Source: Deinococcaceae bacterium (GTDB lineage Bacteria; Deinococcota; Deinococci; Deinococcales; Trueperaceae). From it: a stretch of DNA of 13,242 nucleotides. Shown here piece by piece: positions 1 to 7,676 of the stretch. The DNA lies in NCBI GenBank assembly GCA_040256005.1, contig JBDZWC010000084.1:1-13242 (forward strand), written 5' to 3'. A model generated the notes under the pieces. It was not told where the DNA came from and made no database searches. It saw nothing but the letters and a program-made list of their open reading frames with translations. Each line of letters begins with the position of its first letter. Position 1 is the first letter of the stretch. Both the position numbers and the translations under genes were made by a program.

Positions 1-59
1 GTACGCTCGAGACCGGAACCTCCCAATCTGTCTCAACTAACCTGGACGTCTACACCGGT

Positions 60-89
60 TTGACAACCCGCGGCGGTTCCACCTACCCT
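60..89 (+). promoter_or_regulatory. Putative sigma70-type promoter of the Opp/Dpp ABC operon
   Basis: Perfect -35 TTGACA at 60-65, 18-nt spacer, TANNNT -10 TACCCT at 84-89; about 100 nt upstream of the ATG at 189. Confidence 0.6.
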
Positions 90-188
90 CAGTCGTCCAC
101 ACGAAGCAGCCACGCGTTGCCCGAACACACGTCCCCTCACCCGGTTGTGGCCACACGGTGTAGCCATGTCGGGCCGATCGGAGGCCAC

Positions 189-1694
189 ATGACACGACTG
201 TCAACCCTCGCCCTCGCCGCCGTCCTCGTCGTCTCTGGAGCGGCGCTAGCGCAGCAGTCGGGCGGCACGCTGGCGGCAGCCTGGAACCAGGAGCCCGTAG
301 GCTTCGACCCTCACATCGTCAGCGCGGTGTCGAGCCACCAGATCCTGACGAACGTCATCGACAACCTGGTAACGCTGGACGAGGAGCAGAACATCGTCCC
401 CGAGCTCGCGGAGTCGTGGGAGGTCAGCGAGGACGGCCTCACCCTCACCTTCACGCTGCGTGAGGGCGTGCGCTTCTCGAACGGCAAAGACCTCGAAGCG
501 GCTCACTTCAAGACCGTCTTCGACCGCATCCTGGACCCAGACACCGGCTCCGGCAACGCCTGGCGGATGGCCACCGTCGAGAGCGTCGAAGCGCCCGACG
601 CGCGCACGCTCGTGCTACACCTGTCCGCGCCCACACCCGGGCTGCTCGGTCACCTGGCGGTCTCCAAGGCGCTGGGCGTCTTCGACCCGGCCAGCATCGA
701 GGACGGCACCGTGAACACCAGGCCCATAGGCACTGGGCCGTTCATGATCAGCGACTTCCAGCCGGGCACCCGGGTCCTGCTCGAGAAGAACCCCTACTAC
801 TGGCGCGAGGGGCTGCCATACCTCGACGCGGTGGACGTGAGGATCATCCCCGACGAGACGGTGAGGCGCACAGCGCTGGTCACGGGCGAGATCGATTGGG
901 CGTTCGCGATCCCCGCGCAAGCGGTGGCCGAGCTGCGGACACGTGACGACGTGGTGATAGACGCCACGCCGGCCGGCGCCTACTACTACATCGGCGTCAA
1001 CACGACGGCGGGGCCCCTCTCCGAGCGCGCCGTCAGGCGGGCGATCTCCTTCGCCATCAACCGCCAGAACATCGTGCAGGCAGCCGAGTTCGGCAACGCC
1101 GAGGCTACCCAGGACCCCATCCCGTCGAACTCCGCCTGGGGCTTCGGCTACGCGCCCTACGACCAGGACGTGGAGCATGCCCGCGAGCTGTTGGCCGAGG
1201 CCGGCTACCCGGATGGCTTCGAGATGACCATCATGCCGACCACCGAGGTCCCGGCGACGATCCGTGCCGCGCAGGTGATCCAAGCCGACCTGGCAGCCGT
1301 AGGCATCAGGGCCCAGATCAACACGCTCGAGTGGGCGGATTGGCTGCAGCAGCAGGGAGAGGGCAACTACGAGACCTACGTGTGCTCGTGGAACGGCCTC
1401 GTGGACCCGGACGATTACTTCTACGCCCAGCACCACACGGGCGAGGTCTTCAACTTCACCGGGTACTCCAACCCGAGCGTCGACGAGCTCCTCGACGAGG
1501 CCAGGTTGCTCGGCGACTTCGACGCCCGCTACCCGCTCTACGAGCAGGTCAACCAGATGATCGTCGACGACGCGCCGTACATCTACCTGTACAACCCGCT
1601 GCAGATACACGCGTATAAGCCGTACGTGCACGGCTTCAGCACGCGGTCGGACCAGTCGGTGCGCTTCCACGAGACCTGGATGGAAGACCACTAG
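189..1694 (+). CDS. ABC transporter substrate-binding protein, family 5 (DppA/OppA/NikA-like), 501 aa
   Basis: SD GGAGG at 180-184 before ATG 189. Sec signal MTRLSTLALAAVLVVSGAALA|QQ has no lipobox Cys. Family-5 motifs: PELAESWEVSEDGLTLTFTLREGVRFSNG, PIGTGPF, VRRAISFAINR, IQADLAAVGI, NFTGYSNPSVDELL. The track's start at 60 is the -35 box. Confidence 0.95.
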   Translation: MTRLSTLALAAVLVVSGAALAQQSGGTLAAAWNQEPVGFDPHIVSAVSSHQILTNVIDNLVTLDEEQNIVPELAESWEVSEDGLTLTFTLREGVRFSNGKDLEAAHFKTVFDRILDPDTGSGNAWRMATVESVEAPDARTLVLHLSAPTPGLLGHLAVSKALGVFDPASIEDGTVNTRPIGTGPFMISDFQPGTRVLLEKNPYYWREGLPYLDAVDVRIIPDETVRRTALVTGEIDWAFAIPAQAVAELRTRDDVVIDATPAGAYYYIGVNTTAGPLSERAVRRAISFAINRQNIVQAAEFGNAEATQDPIPSNSAWGFGYAPYDQDVEHARELLAEAGYPDGFEMTIMPTTEVPATIRAAQVIQADLAAVGIRAQINTLEWADWLQQQGEGNYETYVCSWNGLVDPDDYFYAQHHTGEVFNFTGYSNPSVDELLDEARLLGDFDARYPLYEQVNQMIVDDAPYIYLYNPLQIHAYKPYVHGFSTRSDQSVRFHETWMEDH

Positions 1695-1704
1695 GAAGAG
1701 GGAC

Positions 1705-1749
1705 CCCGTGACGGTGGGGCGGGCTGAGGTCCGCCCCACGCACAACGGG
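1705..1749 (+). promoter_or_regulatory. Intergenic stem-loop after the binding-protein gene (mRNA stabiliser or attenuator candidate)
   Basis: GTGGGGCGGGC (1714-1724) pairs with GTCCGCCCCAC (1729-1739), 11 bp with one G-U, loop TGAG. Outer helix CCCGT (1705-1709) pairs with ACGGG (1745-1749). No U-tract. Confidence 0.6.
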
Positions 1750-1757
1750 ACGGCCGC

Positions 1758-2708
1758 TTGAGCCTCAACTACCTGTTGAAACGCCTGGGCACGATGATCC
1801 TCGTGCTCTTCGGCGTCAGCCTGATCACGTTCGCGATCGTGCCGCTCCTGCCCGGCAGTCCCGCCCGGGTCACGCTGGGCGTGCAGGCGACGCCGGAGTC
1901 CGTCGCGGCGCTCGAGAGGCGCATGGGGCTCGACCGCCCGCTCGCTGTGCGTTACCTGGACTGGATCGGCGGCATCGTCACCAGGGGCGACTTCGGCGAG
2001 AGCCTCATCAGCGGGTCTCCCATCGGCGACGAGGTCCTGCGCCGGGCGCCGGCCACGTTCAGCCTGGCGCTCGTGGCACTGCTCATCGGCTTGCTCATCG
2101 CCCTGCCTGCAGGCTTCCTGTCGGCCCTCAAGCCGGGTAGTGCCCGTGACCTGGGCGTCTCCATCATGAGTCAGGTAGGCGTGTCCGTTCCGGACTTCTG
2201 GATGGGCATCCTCCTGATCATGCTGTTCTCCGAGACGCTCGGCTGGCTGCCATCCTCCGGCTACGAGCCGCTGGCAGCCGGCTTGTGGCCATGGTTGAGC
2301 CACATCCTCCTGCCGGCAGCGACCGTGGGGATCATCAGCGGCTCGATAATGGCACGCTTCGTGCGCTCCGCCCTACTCGAGGTCCTGGGGCAGGACTACG
2401 TACGCACGGCCCACGCCAAGGGGGTCCCGCGGCGGTCGGTGCTGCGCAAGCACGTCACGCGCAACGCCGCGATCTCGATCGTGACGATCATCGGGCTCCA
2501 GATGGCGACCCTGCTGTCGGCGGTGGTCGTCGTCGAGATCATCTTCGCCTGGCCCGGCCTGGGCCAGCTGGCGCTCACTGCCACCCTGCAGCGCGACTAC
2601 CCCGCGTTGCAGGCCGCCGTCCTCCTGTCGGCGGTCATCTTCACGGTCATCAACCTCGTCACCGACGTCTCGTACTCGTTCCTCGACCCCAGGGTCACGT
2701 ACGCCTGA
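1758..2708 (+). CDS. Opp/Dpp-family ABC permease (DppB/OppB-like), 316 aa
   Basis: TTG start. N-terminus YLLKRL...LLPGSPA...GLDRPLAVRYLDW...GDFGES, motif SVPDFWMG, EAA loop EVLGQDYVRTAHAKG, C-terminus DVSYSFLDPRV. Confidence 0.95.
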   Translation: MSLNYLLKRLGTMILVLFGVSLITFAIVPLLPGSPARVTLGVQATPESVAALERRMGLDRPLAVRYLDWIGGIVTRGDFGESLISGSPIGDEVLRRAPATFSLALVALLIGLLIALPAGFLSALKPGSARDLGVSIMSQVGVSVPDFWMGILLIMLFSETLGWLPSSGYEPLAAGLWPWLSHILLPAATVGIISGSIMARFVRSALLEVLGQDYVRTAHAKGVPRRSVLRKHVTRNAAISIVTIIGLQMATLLSAVVVVEIIFAWPGLGQLALTATLQRDYPALQAAVLLSAVIFTVINLVTDVSYSFLDPRVTYA

Positions 2709-3592
2709 TGGCCGGCGCCGCCGTCACGACCCGCGGAGGCACGCCGCAGGCCCGGAGCCCGGGCTTCTGGCGCCGCGCCACCAGACATGGCCTCGTGATC
2801 GCCGGCGGCGCCATCGTCCTGCTCCTCGGGGTCGCGGCCCTCTTCGGCAGCGCCCTGGCGCCACTCGACCCCAACCAGATGGACTTCTCGGCCCTCTTCG
2901 CACCGCCGTCGTTGGCGCATCCGTTCGGCACCGACGAGTTCGGCCGCGACCTGTTCTCACGCATCCTCCACGGCGCCGTCGTCAGCGTGAAGGTGGCGTT
3001 CATCGCCGTCGGCATATCCGCCGCTGCCGGCGTGTCGCTGGGCCTGCTGGCCGGCTACTACGGCGGCTGGGTGGACGAGGTCCTCATGCGCGTTATGGAC
3101 GTGTTCTTCGCCCTCCCGGCCGTCCTGCTCGCGATCGTCGTCATGGCGATACTCGGCCGCGGGGTCGAGAACGCGATGATCGCGATCGCCATCGTCTACG
3201 CCCCGATCTTCGCGCGCGTCACGCGCGGCGCCGTGATCTCGGTGAGGGACAGGGAGTACGTCAACGCAGCCAGGGCCCTGGGGCAGAGCGGGACGAGGAT
3301 CATGCTGGCGCACGTGCTGCCCAACGCAATGGGCCCGATCATCGTGCAGACGTCGCTGAGCCTGGCGTTCGCGATCCTGGCCGAGGCCGCGCTGTCGTTC
3401 TTCGGGCTTGGCACACAGCCGCCCGACCCGAGCTGGGGCCGCATGCTCTCGGAGGGCAGGGCGTACCTGCGGCAGGCGCCGTGGATGGGCATCTTCCCTG
3501 GCCTGGCCATCATGGTCTCGGTGCTGGGCTTCAACCTGCTTGGCGACGGCCTGAGAGACGTGCTCGACCCGCGCTACCGGGGCCGGCGCTGA
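2708..3592 (+). CDS. Opp/Dpp-family ABC permease (DppC/OppC-like), 294 aa
   Basis: ATG overlaps the upstream stop (TGATG, 2706-2710). Motifs HPFGTDEFGRDLFSRI, EYVNAARALG, HVLPN, AEAALSFFGLG, PSWGRML, FNLLGDGLRDVLDPR. Confidence 0.95.
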   Translation: MAGAAVTTRGGTPQARSPGFWRRATRHGLVIAGGAIVLLLGVAALFGSALAPLDPNQMDFSALFAPPSLAHPFGTDEFGRDLFSRILHGAVVSVKVAFIAVGISAAAGVSLGLLAGYYGGWVDEVLMRVMDVFFALPAVLLAIVVMAILGRGVENAMIAIAIVYAPIFARVTRGAVISVRDREYVNAARALGQSGTRIMLAHVLPNAMGPIIVQTSLSLAFAILAEAALSFFGLGTQPPDPSWGRMLSEGRAYLRQAPWMGIFPGLAIMVSVLGFNLLGDGLRDVLDPRYRGRR

Positions 3593-3663
3593 CGGCCAGG
3601 GCGCCTCTTGACGTGGGGGCGTCGGTCGGACCTCCGGCTGAGGAGGAACCGGCCCCAACCGTT

Positions 3664-6024
3664 GTGACTACGCAGACATCAGGTTCCGGCCGGCGCTCGG
3701 CCGCGCCGCCGGCCAGCCATTTCGCCGCCGTCGGGCTGCCGCCGCCGGCCAGCCATGTCGCCGCCGTCGCGCTGCTGGCGGGGGGCGGCATCGCTTACGA
3801 GATCGCGTTGACCAGGCTGCTCTCGGCGCTGCTGGCGTACGCCTGGGTGGCCCCTGTCCTGGCCGTGGCGCTGCTGGGCGTGGGCCTGGGCGCGGCGCTC
3901 GTGACGGCGTCGCCGCGGCTGCGAGCGCCCACGGCCGCTCAGGCCTTCGCGGGCCTGGCGGCCGTCAGCGCCGTACTCGCCTTGCCGGCCTGGCTCTGGG
4001 CCGTGGCCTCCTCGACGCCTCTCCTCGGCCTCGCCATGCCCCTCGTCGCGTACACCTGTCTCGGCGCCGCTACCGCCGCGGTCCTGTCCTGGCACCCACC
4101 CAGCGCCGCGTCGCTCCTCAGGGCCGACTACGGTGCCGCGGCTGTCGCCGCCGCTGTCACGCCTTGGCTGCTCTCCACCCTGGGGCTCGGAGTGCCCGGC
4201 ACGATGGTGCTCATCGCGCTGGCATTGGGCCTCGCCGCCGTCGCCTTGTGGCGGAGCGGCTCACACGAGATCCCGGGAGGTCCGGCACTCGGCTCAAACG
4301 CGGCCCTGGCCGCGTCGCTCCTCGGCCTGGCCGCCGTACCGCTGGGCGTTCTCGCCCTGGCCGTGGGCAGCCTCTCCGTTGATCCCGCCGCCCACATGTC
4401 CTCCAAGCCCGTCTCGCTGGCGCTGGCACGCGGCGGCACGGTCGTTACGACGCGCTGGGACGCTACGGCCAGGACCGACCTGATCCGCACGCCCGACGGT
4501 GCGCGGTACCTGTACATGGACGGCGGAGCTGGCTCGTTGGTCGCGACCTCTGACCCTGCCGCGTGGTGGACCGACGTGGGCGCTTTCGCCTTCGCGATCG
4601 CACCCGCCGAGAGCGCCTTCCTGATCGGTCCGGGTGGCGGACTGGACGTGGCACAGGCACGGGCCCACGGTGTCGAGCGGGTGACGGCGGTGGAGGTCAA
4701 CGCCGCGAGCGTCGACCTGGTTCGCCGGCTGGGCGCTGCTACGGGCCGCGTCTACGACGATCCCACCCGCGTCGTGATCGGGGACGGCCGCAGGGTACTG
4801 GCGCAGGGCGACGAGGCCTACGACGTGATCACCCTGGCCAACGTGGTCACCGGCGCGGCCGAGCTGAGGGGCGCGGCGCTCACCGAGAGCCTGCTCTACA
4901 CGGTCGAGGCGTTCCGCGAGTACCTGTCGCATCTAGAGCCGGACGGTCGCCTGGCGCTCAAGCTCTACGACGAACTCACGCTCACCCGGGCGCTTGCGAC
5001 GGCCCTCGCCGCCCTGGTGAGCGGCGGGTACGCGGAGAACGAGGCGGCCGCCATGTCGCACCTGTTCGCGGTCCTCGACGTCTCCGACAGCGCCGCCGTG
5101 CCTCTTCTGGTGGTGCGCCGCACGCCGTTCACGCCCCAGGAGGCCGTGTCGGCCGCACGTGTCGCGGAGGCTCGAGGGTGGTCCCTCCTGCTCGTGCCGG
5201 GACTGCTGACGCCGCCGCCCCTCAGGCCGCTGGCCGAAGGCAGGTCTGACCTCGGCGAGCTGGTCGCTGCTACCGACGCCGACATCGCACCCACTCATGA
5301 CGCGTCCCCATACTTCTTCTCCTTCGAGCCCGGTGTGCCCCGGCCCGTGAGCCGCCTCGGCATCGTGGCCGTCGTGGCGCTGGCCTTGCTCGTCGCCGGC
5401 GCGCTCATGGTGGGGCGATCCGGCGGTAAAGGCGTGGCAAGGTGGCCGCTTTACCTGGGCGCAGTGTGGTTGGGCGCCGGGTTCCTGCTGGTGGAGCTGG
5501 CCGCGCTGCCGACGCTCCAGCGCACGATCGGACAGCCGGCATGGAGCCTGTCGGCGGCTCTCGGCGCCGTGCTGCTCGGCGGCGCGGTAGGCGCCGCGCT
5601 CGCGGCGCGCACTCGCCCAGGCGGCACCGCGACGGCAGCGGGCGGTTCTCGCCGTGAGATCGCGGGGCCCGCGCTCCTCGCCGCCGCCACGGTCGGGTCC
5701 TGGAGCCTTGTCGCCCCGTGGCTGCATGAGCGCCTGGCAGCCACGCCGCCCGCGGTGTCAGGAGCCGTACTCACGGCCGCCCTCGCGCTGGCCGCCGTGC
5801 CCATGGGACTGCCGTTCCCGCGCCTGCTCCGCACGCTGGGCAGCCCCCCAGGGGTCGCCATCGCCCTGGCGTTGTCCGGCTTCGCCGCCGTGGTCGCGGG
5901 CGCGGCGGCCGGATGGCTGTCGCATGCCGCCGGCACGCCCGCTGTCGCGGCCGCGGCTGCCATCGCCTACCTCTTGGCCGCCGCCTCGGTGGCCGCCCGG
6001 GCACGGACAGCCAACTCGCCCTAG
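3664..6024 (+). CDS. Membrane protein with central class I SAM-dependent (spermidine-synthase-like) domain between two MFS-like multi-TM blocks, ~786 aa
   Basis: About 7 hydrophobic segments precede a soluble domain (~4380-5350) with LIGPGGGLD, VTAVEVN, VIGDGR, YDVITL and LYTVEAFREYLSHLEPDG; about 7 more follow. Start is uncertain: in-frame GTG at 3613 or 3664, AGGAGG at 3641-3646. Stop TAG at 6022-6024. Confidence 0.85.
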   Translation: MTTQTSGSGRRSAAPPASHFAAVGLPPPASHVAAVALLAGGGIAYEIALTRLLSALLAYAWVAPVLAVALLGVGLGAALVTASPRLRAPTAAQAFAGLAAVSAVLALPAWLWAVASSTPLLGLAMPLVAYTCLGAATAAVLSWHPPSAASLLRADYGAAAVAAAVTPWLLSTLGLGVPGTMVLIALALGLAAVALWRSGSHEIPGGPALGSNAALAASLLGLAAVPLGVLALAVGSLSVDPAAHMSSKPVSLALARGGTVVTTRWDATARTDLIRTPDGARYLYMDGGAGSLVATSDPAAWWTDVGAFAFAIAPAESAFLIGPGGGLDVAQARAHGVERVTAVEVNAASVDLVRRLGAATGRVYDDPTRVVIGDGRRVLAQGDEAYDVITLANVVTGAAELRGAALTESLLYTVEAFREYLSHLEPDGRLALKLYDELTLTRALATALAALVSGGYAENEAAAMSHLFAVLDVSDSAAVPLLVVRRTPFTPQEAVSAARVAEARGWSLLLVPGLLTPPPLRPLAEGRSDLGELVAATDADIAPTHDASPYFFSFEPGVPRPVSRLGIVAVVALALLVAGALMVGRSGGKGVARWPLYLGAVWLGAGFLLVELAALPTLQRTIGQPAWSLSAALGAVLLGGAVGAALAARTRPGGTATAAGGSRREIAGPALLAAATVGSWSLVAPWLHERLAATPPAVSGAVLTAALALAAVPMGLPFPRLLRTLGSPPGVAIALALSGFAAVVAGAAAGWLSHAAGTPAVAAAAAIAYLLAAASVAARARTANSP
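3705..3776 (+). repeat. Tandem 36-bp direct repeat (2 copies), in frame
   Basis: 3705-3740 gccgccggccagccatttcgccgccgtcgggctgcc versus 3741-3776 gccgccggccagccatgtcgccgccgtcgcgctgct: 33/36 identical. Encodes PPASHFAAVGLP / PPASHVAAVALL. Confidence 0.9.
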
Positions 6025-6036
6025 ACTCACCACGTG
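6022..6036 (+). promoter_or_regulatory. Putative leaderless -10 promoter for thiP
   Basis: TAGACT (6022-6027), 6 nt, then GTG at 6034; no SD. The TAG is also the upstream gene's stop codon. Confidence 0.55.
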
Positions 6037-7632
6037 ACTTCGAGGAACGCGTTCGCGTGGGGCGCCGGGGCCCTGGCCTCCCTCTTCCTCCTCGCGGCGC
6101 TGCTCGTCCCGCTGGGCGCCATCCTGTGGCGCGGCGTGGCACCCGAGGGCGGCCGGCTCGGGGCAGGGCTGTTGGCAGCTCTGGGGGACCCCTACTACCT
6201 GGGCAGGTTGTGGTTCACCACGTGGCAAGCCTTGTTGTCCACCGTCCTCACGGTGGTCCTGGGTCTGCCGTCGGCGTTGCTGCTGGCACGCTACAGATTC
6301 GCGGGTCGGCGCCTTTTGACCGCGACGTTCACCGTTCCGTTCGTCATGCCGACCGTCGTGGCGGGCATGGGCTTCCTGGCGTTGGCCGGTCCTCGCGGCG
6401 TGCTGGGCGTGGACCTGCGCAACACCTTGGCCGTCGTGCTAGCGGCTCACGTCTTCTACAACTTCGCCGTCGTGGCGCGGTTGGTGTCCGGGTTCCTCGC
6501 TGGGGTGGGCCCGCGGCTCGAGCAGGCGGCCGCTACCCTGGGGGCCGGTCCGTGGCGTTCGGCTTGGCGCGTGACGCTGCCGCTCGCGCTGCCCGCGACG
6601 ATCGCGGCGGCGACGCTGGTCTTCATCTTCTGCTTCACGAGCTTCGGCGTCATCGTCATCCTCGCTCCCGACGCCAGGTTCGCGACGCTTGAGGTCGAGC
6701 TGTACCGTCTGACGCTCAGGCTGCTCAGGCTCGACTCCGCGGCGGCGCTGGCGCTGGTGCAGTTGGCGGTCGTCGGCGGGCTGGGCCTTGTCTACTCCCG
6801 GTTGCAGGCGCGCCTGGCCGTGCCGGTGGCTGTCGGCCATGCGTCCGGCCGCAGGCCGCGTGGCCTTGGCTCCGTGCTGCTGGCCGGGGACCTCGCGCTC
6901 ATCGGCGCTGTCGTGCTCGCGCCCCTGGTCGCGCTGGGCGTGCAGGGCTTCACCGCCCCCGACGGCTCGTTCCCTTCGCTCGTGAACCTTCAGGCGATGT
7001 TCGGCGGCACGCGGTCAGTGGGTTTCGCGACCCTGGGGTCGGCGTTGAGGAACTCCCTGACGTTCGCCACCCTGTCTACGACGATGGCTCTGCTCGTGGG
7101 TCTGGCGTTCGCGTACGCGGTGGTGAGGGGCCACTTCGCGTGGCTCGACGGGCTCTCTCTCCTACCGTTGGCCACGAGCCCCGTGACGTTGGGCTTGGGC
7201 TACCTGATCGCCTATCCCTGGCTGGTCGCCACCTTCTGGGGTGTGCCCCTCGCACACGCGCTCATCGCTTTCCCGTTCGTCACGCGTACCCTGCTGCCCG
7301 CGTTGCGAGCCCTGCCTCGAGGCCAAGCGGGGGCCGCGGCCACGCTGGGAGCGGGGCCGCTGAGGACCCTCACGCGCGTGGAGCTCCCGCAGATCGTGCC
7401 GTCTGTGGCTGTCGCGGCGGCGTTCGCCTTCGCCGTCTCGCTGGGCGAGTTCGGAGCCTCGCTCCTCCTCGTACGGCCCGAGTACGCCACCTTGCCCGTA
7501 GCGATCTTCGACCGGTTGGGGCGACCGGGCGCGCTGAACTACGGCGCCGCCCTCGGGCTCTCCCTCGTCCTCATGGTGGTGACCGCGCTCGTCATGGTGC
7601 TGCTACAGCGCCGCGGCCGCGGCGAGTTCTGA
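6034..7632 (+). CDS. thiP: Thiamine-type ABC transporter permease (fused double permease, ThiP/FbpB family), 532 aa
   Basis: ThiP-like WFTTWQALLST, PFVMPTVVAGMGF and AHVFYN. Two EAA loops (LEQAAATLGAGPW, QAGAAATLGAGPL). SLGEFGA and TLPVAIF motifs. Neighbouring thiamine pyrophosphokinase supports thiamine over iron. Confidence 0.8.
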   Translation: MTSRNAFAWGAGALASLFLLAALLVPLGAILWRGVAPEGGRLGAGLLAALGDPYYLGRLWFTTWQALLSTVLTVVLGLPSALLLARYRFAGRRLLTATFTVPFVMPTVVAGMGFLALAGPRGVLGVDLRNTLAVVLAAHVFYNFAVVARLVSGFLAGVGPRLEQAAATLGAGPWRSAWRVTLPLALPATIAAATLVFIFCFTSFGVIVILAPDARFATLEVELYRLTLRLLRLDSAAALALVQLAVVGGLGLVYSRLQARLAVPVAVGHASGRRPRGLGSVLLAGDLALIGAVVLAPLVALGVQGFTAPDGSFPSLVNLQAMFGGTRSVGFATLGSALRNSLTFATLSTTMALLVGLAFAYAVVRGHFAWLDGLSLLPLATSPVTLGLGYLIAYPWLVATFWGVPLAHALIAFPFVTRTLLPALRALPRGQAGAAATLGAGPLRTLTRVELPQIVPSVAVAAAFAFAVSLGEFGASLLLVRPEYATLPVAIFDRLGRPGALNYGAALGLSLVLMVVTALVMVLLQRRGRGEF

Positions 7633-7658
7633 GCGTCTACCGCGACCAGGACCGCGGC

Positions 7659-7664
7659 TATGAT
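7659..7664 (+). promoter_or_regulatory. Putative internal -10 box upstream of thiQ
   Basis: TATGAT 12 nt before ATG 7677 in a 44-nt intergenic gap with no clear SD; flanked by the inverted repeat CGCGGC/GCCGCG. Confidence 0.45.
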
Positions 7665-7676
7665 GCCGCGTGAGCC

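Noticed and set aside
1..59. Start of a divergent minus-strand gene (GGGAGG at 24-19)
   Set aside because: No start codon follows at suitable spacing within the window.
60..188. 43-aa N-terminal extension of the binding protein from TTG 60
   Set aside because: That TTG is the -35 box TTGACA. ATG 189 has an SD and begins a proper signal peptide.
615..2303. 562-aa antisense ORF and the many other shadow ORFs (e.g. 2957-3658, 4933-5727, 5913-6692, 8410-9228)
   Set aside because: They overlap well-supported genes, have no recognisable motifs, and are expected from stop-codon scarcity in high-GC coding DNA.
2285..2707. Long N-terminal extensions of the second permease (from 2285), the fusion gene (from 3481) and thiN (from 8555)
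   Set aside because: They overlap the upstream genes. Coupled starts (TGATG at 2708, ATGA at 8708) or intergenic starts fit family lengths better.
3593..3700. Possible TPP riboswitch (GGCTGAG resembles the aptamer's CUGAGA motif; also at 1722 and 3551)
   Set aside because: The downstream ACCUGA...UAAU...GCG-AGG half of the aptamer is absent, and the 3551 instance lies inside a CDS.
4380..5350. Naming the fusion gene speE (spermidine synthase)
   Set aside because: It lacks GGG(D/E)G and the catalytic Asp motif, and there is no speD in the window. Only fold-level similarity is supported.
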